Shown: positions 28,041 to 40,100 of the stretch, piece after piece | Layout of the letters: each line of letters opens with the position of its first letter | Numbering within the stretch: the first letter of the stretch is position 1 | From: Eledone cirrhosa | Lineage: Eukaryota | Assembly: GCA_964016885.1 (NCBI GenBank) | Contig: OZ024743.1 | Location: forward strand, 330,150,001 to 330,214,000 | Direction of reading: 5' to 3' | Length of the DNA: 64,000 nucleotides | Made by a program: the position numbers and the translations under genes | Notes under the pieces: generated by a model | What the model saw: the letters and a program-made list of their open reading frames with translations, nothing else | Database searches by the model: none | Told to the model about the DNA's origin: nothing

Positions 28041-28080
28041 TTAATTACACCTTCAAGATGCTTCAGATTCATGCATAAAG

Positions 28081-28132
<52 letters not shown>

Positions 28133-28135
<3 letters not shown>

Positions 28136-28263
28136 ATAATAATGAATTTGAAGACTAAAATCCAAAGAGGGCTCGATAAGGATAAATATATATATCAGAA
28201 GATCCCGTTAAGGGGGAAAGCAGCTTTTCTTTGCTTAAACTGTAATCTGTTATTTTAATAAAT
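28133..28263. repeat. Short dispersed repeat between (TA)n tracts
   Basis: Reverse complement of ~54137-54270. Confidence 0.7.
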
Positions 28264-28387
28264 AAATAAATAAATATATATATATATATATATATATTGG
28301 GGAGGGGTGTATTCGTGTGTATGTATGTATATATATATATATTAATATATATATATACTAATATATATATTAGTATGTCAGGTCACC

Positions 28388-28980
28388 AGTTGGTGCTACT
28401 GGTAACATGTATCCCAGTACAACCTGTCCCATGGTCGGGTCGTTGGCGACTAAACTGGCAACCCTACCAAGGTTTCTTGGTGAGGAGGGTGACTTTGGAC
28501 ATCCTGCAGGACTAAAAACAAAACCTGTCAAAGGGCAAAGGAGCTCTTAAGAGTCAATGGCCATCCAAAATCACCGGGAGAAATGACCCCTTAGCCTTTG
28601 TCAAGGCAGATGAGAAGGAAAACTCTGATATAACACCTGCAACCCTGGTGGTATCCAATGATGTTGACTTGTTCTTCTTTTTGGTAAATATCATCTTGGT
28701 TAAGAGAGATAGACTGGCTTTGTGCAGTGCCTTTGCTCACTATAAAAGCTTCACGGCACAGGCATTGCTTTATATCTGGAGATCTCTCTGCACTTGTCGT
28801 CACATGGTACCATGGGCCCAGCACTATGTGTCAATAATTGTCGCAAGTATAGTGTTTGTACCAGAGTTTTCAAGTCGCTGGCTGGACTAAAAAGTCACAC
28901 TCGTTCAGCGCATCGGTAGGGGTTCTCCTACATGGATATAAAGTAGTGGCCGTACTCGAAAACGAGTTGGCAGCCACCAT
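28388..28980 (+). mobile_element. Bipartite RTE-derived non-autonomous retroelement, full copy
   Basis: ~600 bp. RTE-like 5' segment joined to an RTE-like C-terminal zinc finger and 3' UTR. Flanked by microsatellites. Confidence 0.85.
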
Positions 28981-28986
28981 ATATTA

Positions 28987-29057
<71 letters not shown>

Positions 29058-29081
29058 CATGTGTGCATGTATGTATCTATA

Positions 29082-29156
<75 letters not shown>

Positions 29157-29183
29157 AGAGATGTGACACACGAGTTGTGATGT

Positions 29184-29512
29184 ATTAGTAAAAAGGAAAA
29201 GAAAATGCTGACAAATTTTTCCCAGTGAAAAATAGTTTAATTAGAAATAAGTATAAATTAGTAATAAGTATTAGTTAGTATTCAGTTTTAGTTTTAAGTT
29301 TTTACCGGTTGCGCATTTCTTATGCTTTTCAAAAATAATTTTGAGATAGAGTGCTCGTGATTTTTGAAAAGAATAAGAAATGCGCAACCGGTAAAAACTT
29401 AAAACTAAAACTGAATACTAACTAATACTTATTAGTAATTTATACTTATTTCTAATTAAACTATTTTTCACTGGGAAAAATTTGTCAGCATTTACTTTTC
29501 CTTTTTACTAAT
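29184..29512. repeat. Near-perfect palindrome, arms ~153 bp, ~23-bp loop
   Basis: ATTAGTAAAAAGGAAAAG...TTTTCAAAAAT / ATTTTTGAAAA...CTTTTCCTTTTTACTAAT. Confidence 0.95.
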
Positions 29513-29620
29513 ATATATATATATATATATATACGTGGGAAAGTATATATATATATATATATACATATATATATCGGGGGGGGGGGGTATGTGTGAGTGT
29601 GTATGTATATATATATATAT

Positions 29621-30609
29621 TAGCAGCAGTACCCAGCGTTGCCTAGGTAGGTAAAATGATAAAATAATATCTGCTTTGATGAAAAGATGTTGATCTTAGC
29701 GACTGCTTCTCAATGACTCATCTATGGCCACACACAGGCCATGCGGGGGAGGTTGGTGATGACCTCTATCACTGAGAAACGCGGGTGACTGACGAAGGGG
29801 CATGTTGGGGGAGGGAGGTAATGACCTCTAACACTAAGCCAAATTTCCTCACGCTACTTGATTGGAAACCGACGAATTCTCAAATACACAACTAAAAGCT
29901 CAGACGTCGTCAGTGACCATCGTTTTGCCTTTGACCATCTATAAGATGTGCAATGATAGGTTCTATCGTAGTATAAAAGTTGAACCAAATAAATTGATTT
30001 ATGTGTGAAGTTTCGAATTTGAACGAAATCGGTTGAAAAATGTGGGAGCTAGAACCGAAAAGGCGGAAATTTGAGCGAAAAGGTGGTATTTTCGAATATT
30101 TAAGCAGCTGCAACACCATTTCTGAACAAAAATTCCAAAATGTCAAGCCACTTTAAGACGTGAAATAATCAGATCTAGCGTAGTGTAAAATTTGAACAAA
30201 GTAGGTTGATTAATGTGGGAGCTAGAGCCGAAAAAGTGGAAATTTGAGTCTAAATTTTGAATATTTAAGCGGCTGCCACGCCGTCCCTGAACATCAAATG
30301 CAAAATATATAGCGATTATAGGATGTGCAATGATTAATTCTATTTTGCTTTAAAGTTTGAAGGAAATCGGTGGCAAAATGTGGGAGCTAGAGCCAAAAAT
30401 CTTATTTTTCGCTACCTAAAAAAGGGTGACCCCCCTCCTCCGTCGATTTTTATCTGCAGAATGACCCCGGAATAAAAAGAACGATACGCTGATATATAGA
30501 AAACACTCCCCGATGACTAATCTATGAGCCTGTAAAGTTTCATGAAAATCGGTCGTAAGATGTAGGCCCCTATAGGTAATATACAGACACACAGACAGAC
30601 ACACAGACA

Positions 30610-30656
<47 letters not shown>

Positions 30657-30677
30657 TTAATTTTATATATATACAGA
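29621..30677 (+). mobile_element. Helentron-associated non-autonomous element (HINE/DINE-1-like)
   Basis: Start TAGCAGCAGTACCCAGCGTTGCCTAGG. Internal ~170-bp repeats (TGTGGGAGCTAGA at ~30041, 30214, 30379). End AAGTTTCATGAAAATCGG...(CAGA)n(CA)n...TTTATATAT. Confidence 0.7.
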
Positions 30678-31639
30678 TGTGTCTGTATCTATGTATGTAT
30701 GTTTGTATATATATTTGTATCTATATATATATAAACATATACATTACGTGTATTAATCAATGATAAAATACGCCGTAATCGCTCTTGTTAATCCTCTAGC
30801 GTCGTCCGCAATGAAATAACTTCTAGGTATCAAAAAAGTGAAAATATCCAAGGATTAGTGAAGGCACAATGGAGGATTGCATGAGTGCGTTATTGATATT
30901 GTAGACACAGATAGAGGAAAACAACAAATGTGAACATCAGACAGAATACTGTAAAATTAGAGGATAGCAGTTTAACTTTGAGAAGGGGAAATTAAGATTA
31001 GATATAACGTTTAGGCTTACGATTTTCATTAGCTGGTAGAGAGAGGAACACAGACGCAGACATACAGACACACATACATACACACACACACACAGCCACA
31101 CACACACATACATGCATACACTCACAGACACACAGACACACAGACACACAGACACACACACGTACACACACATGCACACATACCCACACACGCACACATA
31201 CCCATACACACACATATATACACACACATACACAGACGCACAGACACACACACATACAATCACATACACACAGGCACACACACAGACGCACAGACACACA
31301 CACTCACTGTCATACACACGCACACTGACACACAAACATACAGACACACACTAAAAAAAAAAAATAACAGGATAAAAATTATATCTGGGAGAGATTTCTC
31401 AAGAAATCTCTCCCAGATGTAATTTTTTTCAAATGTTTTTTCGTTCTCATTACGCTCCATTGAGGACCCGAAACCTTATAGACTAACTTTCCTTGACTTT
31501 CTCTCTTGAATATTAAACTACCACCTTTGTGTCCTCTCTTTTTACAGTATATTGTCTTGTTTTCGTTTTTGTTTTGTCTGTTATTTTATATATCTTCTTC
31601 TTTGTCACGTAACTCTTGGGGGAGTCGTAGGGGTGCCGG

Positions 31640-31920
31640 GGTGACATGTCTTTTTTAAAACCTGGTGGAGATCATCCCACTCCAGGTCTGAATACAGCAG
31701 AATTCTTCCTGAGAATGATAGAGAGTGGGAAAAAGGAAGTGAGAATGAGATACAGAGGAAGAATCGACCCCAGTACTAAACTGGTACATTTTTATCGATT
31801 TCGAAAGGATGAAAGGCAAAGTTGCCCTCAGCAGGACTTGAACTTAGAGAGCAGAGAGCCGAACCAAATACTGCACAACATTCTATCTGACGTTCTAACG
31901 AATCTTCCAACCCGCCGCCT
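31640..31920 (-). mobile_element. Diverged tRNA-derived SINE with extended tail
   Basis: AAGGATGAAAGGCAAAGTT and ATCGACCCCAGT motifs on the plus strand. Confidence 0.7.
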
Positions 31921-32195
31921 AACCTTTTATAAATACATACATGTAAAGAACAGCACTTATTTTGAAAACGAGTTCTTGGTGATACGACTACTTTTCAATT
32001 TCAAATTGCAATGTTGTGCCTATTCTAATGTCCAGTATGGTACCAGCCACATGAATACAAACACGTCATAAACATGTAAGTTGTATCATGTGAATCTATT
32101 AAATTTCAGACTCAATTCCTGTAGATGTTGAAGCATGAACTGCGTAGAACTATATAATAAAATATTATGTCTATATTAAAAAGGCAGTAAAAATA

Positions 32196-32246
<51 letters not shown>

Positions 32247-32247
32247 A

Positions 32248-33454
32248 CCTCGAGATACTTCATGGCGGAACCAAGCTATTAAACAGAAGGGCCGACTTAT
32301 TTGGCGCCTGCAAACACCTAAGGACGGGAACTTTCCTCAAGCTATATGGATAAACCCGGATTAAGGCCCCTCTCTAGGTCTCCTACACCCCGTACCAATG
32401 ACCAATGGACAACAACAACCACCCATAGTTTGTGGTCCCTACGGTGGATTGTCAACCGGATCCTCTACTGGTTAGGAGTCAACAAAACCACGTTTATTGA
32501 ACCCGAGGAACACCCCCCTCCCCGGGAATGCACCTGAGCCTGTGTTTGTGTGTGTGTGCTTGCAACGGAGTGCGTTGACGAACATACACGCATATGTACT
32601 TTATGATGAAATAAGATTTGTGGTCCTTTACACTTCTGGATTTTGATACAGGTTTTTTGGTATTTTTCACTTATTTGTTTTTTAAAACGCCCCCATCTTT
32701 TGTTGGACTGTGTGGACGTAAATAGGTGAATGCACCAAGCCTGTGTTTATATGTGTGCACGCGCAAACGGTGTGCGTTGACGGACAATCACACGTACGTA
32801 CTCCATACTCTATGTTAAAATAAGAATTGTAATTCTTTAGACTTCTCGATTCTGACACAGGTTTTTTATTTCAGTTTTTTATTTTAGTTTATATTTTTCT
32901 AAATTTTTGATATTGGTTGTTACACACACACATTCTTTATTTGTTTGGCATACACCACCACGTGAAACGGTGGCAGGAGAGATGCCAGTCTACACACATA
33001 CATTCTTCAGACCATAGCAGCAGCATACTAAGGTTGACCAGCGAGCTGACCTCTTAATACCACTACCAATCCCAACACAGTAAAGGAGGTCAGCTGTACT
33101 TAAACATTCTGATAAAAACAACTATAACAGGCTGACCTGTCTCAGAAGAATTTCTATAGACTTTCGACTGGGGGAGGTATGACAACTCACCAATGGGATA
33201 CGAGCGTGTCCTATGACGCTGAAATTCGTTAGTTCTAGCACATATTATTCCAGTTCCTCGGAGGACTAACAACACACCTAGGAGTTAGACATATCGATGT
33301 ATTGACAGAATGGAAACACACTTCAACAACATGTGTACCTGTCTTTTCCACACCAATTCGGACTGCCTGAAGAGGTCACAGCCAATAATAGCTGTCACCG
33401 AAATATATATAGCAGATAATAAACGAAGCCAAATTTTACATGTTTGACTTATTT

Positions 33455-33455
<1 letters not shown>
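32248..33455 (+). mobile_element. 3' end of a Penelope-like element (last codons, 3' UTR, HHR)
   Basis: 32249-32353 reads LEILHGGTKLLNRRADLFGACKHLRTGTFLKLYG*, matching the LN.R....CRH terminus of PLE endonucleases. HHR near the end. (TA)n on both sides. Confidence 0.7.
33363..33415 (+). ncRNA. Minimal type I hammerhead ribozyme
   Basis: CTGC-CTGAAGA-GGTCACAGC/GCTGTCACC-GAAA-TATAT-ATA-GCAG, with intact core. Confidence 0.8.
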
Positions 33456-33518
<63 letters not shown>

Positions 33519-33656
33519 ATATATTATATATATATATATTATATATATATATATAATATATATATAAATATATATATATATATAATATATATATATATAA
33601 TATATATATATATTATATATATATATATAATATATAAATATATATATATATATATA

Positions 33657-33715
<59 letters not shown>

Positions 33716-34779
33716 AAAATGGAACGGGAACAAAAGAGAGAGGGAGTACGAACTGTGGAGTTACTGTAGGTTCACCCGGGTGAGCACTCGAATGTTTACA
33801 GAGTCGAGCTAGATCGATCCAGATCGAACCTTGAGCTGATCAGTGGCGAAACGTGCGTCACCAACCAATAAACGTAATGAAGGAGTAATCACTCGTCCTT
33901 GTTTTATTTTACTATATATATATGTGTGTATATATATGTGTGTGTATGTTTGTGTGTGTGTGTGCGTGCGTGTGTGTATGTGTGTGTGTTTGCGTGCGCA
34001 CACACACATACTACGTTCCATAATATCATCGCGAAAACATGAGACAAAATATAATGCATTGTATAGAAAGGATGATGCTGAAGGTGAAGATATGCGAAGT
34101 TAGAATGACATGATGGCCATAAATACATATTATATAAAAGACTACCTGACTAGAGTTTCTCTCGAAACCTCTGTAAAATGTTAAACTTCTATAAAGTGTA
34201 AATACAAAAGACCAGACATAATGACCTGAAACAGAGAGAAAAAAATGTTCTCAACCTTAGAAATCAGTTGTCCAGCAGTCGTTAACGTTAGCAGAAAACA
34301 AAACATCTATGACATTTTAATGAAAAATCTGCAAATACTATAACTACACTATAGTTAGATTTATATGTACTTCATAATTTTAATTTCCGTTGAGACTAAA
34401 ACTTATGACATTCTGTTTATTTTTATTGATGTTTTTGATGTCATTGTGTCAAACCATGTTGTTTGTAGTGATTCTCTGAATGGTAAATTGATGTTTGAGA
34501 CAATTTTTTCTTGAATAAAAGAGTCCGCCAATGAAGGTGATTATAAAAATAAGCAGTTAGATATTCCAAACAAAGTTGATTGTGGTGATAATGTTAGAGA
34601 GAGTAGTCAGAAAAATCTAAATTAATGGTCTATTCACCCCAAGTATGACTTTGTTTACGTTAAGTATGTTTTCTCTTCCTTGTTGGAGATTTTCCAGTTT
34701 ATTTTGACTGACCACAATCTTAGTGGCGAGGTTATAGAGAATAGATTTATTTAAAAAATTATGGGTCTTCCTCTCTTCG

Positions 34780-35600
34780 ACAAAAGCATTCAATCAATAC
34801 GTTTTGAGGTTTTACACATTTCTATTGTCTCAAATATTGTCAAGAATCCATTTTCATCGACATTTTGATCCGAGTGGATTGGTATGTACCCTCTCTTTCC
34901 AATAATAATAGGTATAAATCTGGTGTCAATTGAGAAGCTGATCTCTACAGAAATGCATATTTTATTTTGTGGTCCAGTCACCATTATCAGGTTCGTTGTC
35001 TTGACTTGTGGGATATTTTTATCTGTTACGTTTCATCAATATTCTTTTCATCGATCTCATATATTCGTCTTTATTTGTAGTAATTTTTCTCCTTGCTCAT
35101 TCTAATAATTATTGCCCAAGATACCACATCAGGCCTTATGGGACTATCAAGAGGATGTTTTATCACAGTTGGCAATGATGTCGCTATTGTCTTCTAAACT
35201 TTCACATACCCAACATTTGTTGTTAGCTAATACGTTCTGTCTTTCGTGCAGAAGATATTTGGTAGATATTTCTTGTTCTTGGATATCATGGAGGTAATCT
35301 TCAAAATTACATCCATGACATCAAGGAGCAAGAAATGCATGCTTTCAAATTTCATAAAATATCTGATGAGCTACAGTTCACTATCGTTGTGGATTCCTTT
35401 GACTATCAATATTGTATGTCCCTTCCCCAAATACTCAATCAGAAGTGCATGGTTAGATATGTACTTCGATATCTCTACTTACCTTGGGGTTGTGCCCTCA
35501 AGCCCTCCCCCAAGCCATGCATACGGCCACATGAGCTGTGCCAATTTCAAAAGCGATTTTCCCTACACAACAGACAGAGTTTACTATAGCTGCTGTTTTA
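34780..35600 (-). pseudogene. Heavily decayed RLE-type LINE remnant
   Basis: Minus strand ICISVEISFSID...FIPIIIGKRGYIP resembles TCSVVEISCPLD...IPIIIGATGYIP of the R4-like element. Confidence 0.55.
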
Positions 35601-36191
35601 AAGGCAACTGAAAGTCCTCATCGTGTGTTTTTATATACCTTTTCGCCTGCTATTAGCTTCTTCATCAGGAAAAGAAGCCTTGTCATACGTGACAGGATCC
35701 GCTCCAAATAACCTTTTCCCACCTCTAGGGAGTCCACTCGGCTTGTTACGCCAGCAAAACTGACTTATTCTGTAATAATGTTTATAAAGCTTGCTTTGTC
35801 AAATATTTGTGTTGTTGCGGTCGATATTGATGTTGTTGCAGTTGTGGGCATTGTTGATTTGTTGTATCATTTGAAATGTTTTCTGTTAAAAAGTCATCAT
35901 TGTATTTTTCTACGTTCGTCGAATTAAAGTCTACTTGTTTCCTTCTGTCTGTGGTTTTTTTTCTCTTTTTTCGTGACTGAATGTCAATATTGTATTTTGT
36001 TTATTTCGGTATATATCAGATCAAGCGTGTTCAAAATATCTTCTTTCTTATTAATCCGTGTGAAGATGGAAAAAAAAATCATTCACTTTGACATATAAAA
36101 CATCCAAAATTATTAGATCTTGTAAACGTCGTCTTGTCACAGGAAGCATACCCGCCCCCATCTTCCTCCTCCTCCTACTCCTCCTCATCAT

Positions 36192-36223
<32 letters not shown>

Positions 36224-36643
36224 TTATTAACAACAACAGTAATAATTATGGATTTTAATTTAGGCACAAGGTCAGCAATTTGAAAATAAAGGGAAGTCAA
36301 CAATGTCGATTCCAGTACTTGACTGTTAGTCTATTTTATCAACTTTAGATGGACGAAAGGAGGCGGGATTTGACCTCGGAATCTAGAAGGTCGAAAATAA
36401 ATACTGCATTTTATTTTGTTCGATGCGCTAATAGTGCTACAAAGCAAATAAGACCATCAAAACCGGCTGTAACCCCCTCATAAGACAAGGAAAGCGTCAA
36501 TTGTGAAATTGGACCGAGGAAACACTGTCCCCATTCGTCTTTCCAGTACCAGTACTATCTTGGTAGAAAGACGTGGAATTTAAACTCAGAATACGCGTAG
36601 CTGCATCAGATGATTTAAATAATCTTGTCTGACTCTTTAATAA

Positions 36644-36848
36644 TGGTTTCGTATATAGGCAAAAGGTCAGCAATTTGGGGGGAGGGGAAAGTCGATTAAA
36701 TCGACCCCAGTGCGTGACTGGTACTTTATTTTATCGACCCCGTAAGGATGAAAGGCAAAGTTAACATCGGCGAGATTTGAACTCAAGGCCGTAACTATAT
36801 GCCGCCATACATGTTGTCCGACGCTCTACCGATTCTGCCATTCCACCA
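36644..36848 (-). mobile_element. tRNA-derived SINE
   Basis: Reverse complement of the 22270 family. A more decayed copy lies at ~36250-36435. Confidence 0.85.
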
Positions 36849-36903
36849 TTTATTATACAGACACAAGTTATGCTAGTTCTGGCCAAATTAACAAATAAAA
36901 ATA

Positions 36904-37083
36904 GGGCGGTAAATTGGCAGTATCGGTAGAGGGTTGGACGCCATGCTTTCTAGCATAGTTACGTCCCTTTAGGGTCTGAGTTTTCAAATCACGTCGAGTT
37001 AACTTTGCCTTTCATCCTTACGGGGTCGATAAAATAAAGTACCAGTAATATTTTGCTGGCCTTGTACCAAAAGAAGAAACAAT
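36904..37083 (+). mobile_element. tRNA-derived SINE
   Basis: Same family. Head-to-head with 36644-36848. Confidence 0.85.
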
Positions 37084-37190
37084 TAACAAATATGCTGGAT
37101 GACGTTCATGAATGACGTCGCAGTTTAATTGAAACGTCATGGATATGGTTTCTAAAAATCTGTTTGGAAAAGAAATGTAGAAATATTAGA

Positions 37191-40100
37191 AGGTGGAGGA
37201 TTGGTGGAGGATTGGTGGAGGATTGGTGGAGAATTGGTGGAGGATTGGTGGAGAATTGGTGGAGGATTGGTGGAGGATTGGTGGAGAATTGGTGGAGGAT
37301 TGGTGGAGAATTGGTGGAGGATTGGTGGAGGATTGGTGGAGGATTGGTGGAGTATTGGTGGAGGATTGGTGGAGGATTGGTGGAGGATTGGTGGAGGATT
37401 GGTGGAGAATTGATGGAGTATTGGTGGAGGATTGGTGGAGGATTGGTGGAGGATTGATGGAGGATTGGTGGAGGATTGGTGGAGAATTGATGGAGGATTG
37501 ATGGAGGATTGGTGGAGGATTGGTGGAGAATTGATGGAGGATTGGTGGAGGATTGATGGAGGATTGGTGGAGGATTGGTGGAGGATTGATGGAGGATTGG
37601 TGGAGGGTTGGTGGAGGATTGGTGGAGGATTGGTGGCGGATTGGTGGAGGATTGGTGGAGGATTGGTGGAGGGTTGGTGGAGAATTGATGGAGGATTGGT
37701 GGAGGATTGGTGGATGATTGGTGGAGGATTGATGGAGGATTGGTGGAGGATTGGTGGAGGATTGGTGGAGGATTGGTGGAGGATTGGTGGCGGATTGGTG
37801 GAGGATTGGTGCAGGATTGGTGGAGGGTTGGTGGAGAATTGATGGAGGATTGGTGGAGGATTGGTGGATGATTGGTGGAGGATTGATGGAGGATTGGTGG
37901 AGGATTGGTGGAGGATTGGTGGAGGATTGGTGGAGGATTGGTGGAGGGTTGGTGGAGAATTGATGGAGGATTGGTGGAGGATTGGTGGATGATTGGTGGA
38001 GGATTGGCGGAGGATTGGTGGAGGATTGGTGGATGATTGGTGGCGGATTGGTGAAGGATTGGTGGATGATTGGTGGAGGATTGGTGGCGGATTGGTGGAG
38101 GATTGGTGGAGGATTGGTGGAGTATTAGTGGAGGGTTAGTGGAGGATTGGTGGAGGATTGGTGGAGGATTGGTGGAGGATTGATGGCGGATTGGTGAAGG
38201 ATTGGTGGATGATTGGTGGAGAATTGGTGGAGGATTGGTGGAGGATTGGTGGAGGATTGGTGGATGATTGGTGGATGATTGGTGGCGGATTGGTGAAGGA
38301 TTGGTGGATGATTGGTGGAGGATTGGTGGCGGATTGGTGGAGGATTGGTGGAGGATTGGTGGAGGATTGGTGGAGGATTGATGGAGTATTAGTGGAGGGT
38401 TGGTGGAGGATTGGTGGAGAATTGATGGAGGATTGGTGGAGAATTGGTGGATGATTGATGGAGTATTAGTGGAGAATTGGTGGAGGATTGGTGGAGGATT
38501 GGTGGAGGATTGATGGAGGATTGGTGGAGGATTGGTGGATGATTGGTGGAGGATTGGTGGCGGATTTGTGGAGGATTGGTGGAGGATTGGTGGAGGATTG
38601 GTGGAGAATTGGTGGAGGATTGGTGGAGGATTGGTGGAGGATTGATGGAGTATTAGTGGAGGGTTGGTGGAGGATTGGTGGAGAATTGATGGAGGATTGG
38701 TGGAGAATTGGTGGAGAATTGGTGGAGGATTGGTGGAGGACTGGCGGAGGATTGGTGGAGGATTGATGGAGGATTGGTGGAGGATTGGTGGAGGATTGGT
38801 GGAGGATTGATGGAGTATTAGTGGAGGGTTGGTGGAGGATTGGTGGAGGATTGGTGGAGGATTGGTGGAGGGTTGGTGGAGAATTGGTGGAGGATTGGTG
38901 GAGGACTGGTGGAGGATTGGTGGATGATTGATGGAGGATTGGCGGAAGATTGATGGAGGATTGGTCGAGGATTGATGGAGGATTGGTGGAGGATTGGTGG
39001 AGGATTGGTGGATGATTGATGGAGGATTGGCGGAAGATTGATGGAGGATTGGTGGAGGATTGATGGAGGATTGGTGGAGGATTGGTGGAGGATTGGTGGA
39101 GGATTGGTGGAGAATTGGTGGAGGATTGTTGGAGGATTGGTGGAGAATTGGTGGAGGATTGGTGGAGAATTGGTGGAGGATTGGTGGAGGATTGGTGGAG
39201 AATTGGTGGAGGATTGGTGGAGAATTGGTGGAGGATTGGTGGAGGATTGGTGGAGGATTGGTGGAGTATTGGTGGAGGATTGGTGGAGTATTGGTGGAGG
39301 ATTGGTGGAGGATTGGTGGAGAATTGATGGAGTATTGGTGGAGGATTGGTGGAGGATTGGTGGAGGATTGATGGAGGATTGGTGGAGGGTTGGTGGAGAA
39401 TTGATGGAGGATTGGTGGAGGATTGGTGGAGGATTGGTGGAGGGTTGGTGGAGAATTGGTGGAGGATTGGTGGAGGATTGGTGGCGGATTGGTGGAGAAT
39501 TGGTGGAGGATTGGTGGAGGATTGATGGAGGATTGGTGGAGGATTGGTGGAGAATTGATGGAGTATTGGTGGAGGATTGGTGGAGGATTGGTGGAGGATT
39601 GATGGAGGATTGATGGAGGATTGGTGGAGGGTTGGTGGAGAATTGATGGAGGATTGGTGGAGGATTGGTGGAGGATTGGTGGAGGGTTGGTGGAGAATTG
39701 GTGGAGGATTGGTGGAGGATTGGTGGCGGATTGGTGGAGAATTGGTGGAGGATTGGTGGAGGATTGATGGAGGATTTGTGGAGGATTGGTGGAGAATTGA
39801 TGGAGTATTGGTGGAGGATTGGTGGAGGATTGGTGGAGGATTGATGGAGGATTGGTGGAGGGTTGGTGGAGAATTGATGGAGGATTGGTGGAGGATTGGT
39901 GGAGGATTGGTGGAGAATTGATGGAGGATTGGTGGAGGATTGGTGGATGATTGGTGGAGGATTGATGGAGGATTGGTGGAGGATTGGTGGCGGATTGGTG
40001 GAGGATTGATGGAGGGTTGGTGGAGGATTGATGGAGGATTGGTGGAGGATTGGTGGAGGATTAGTGGAGGATTGGTGGAGGATTGGTGGAGGATTGGTGG

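Noticed and set aside
35640-35760. HDV-like ribozyme on the minus strand (GG-hairpin-CTAA)
   Set aside because: P4 and J4/2-like parts are present but P1, P2 and P3 could not be assembled.
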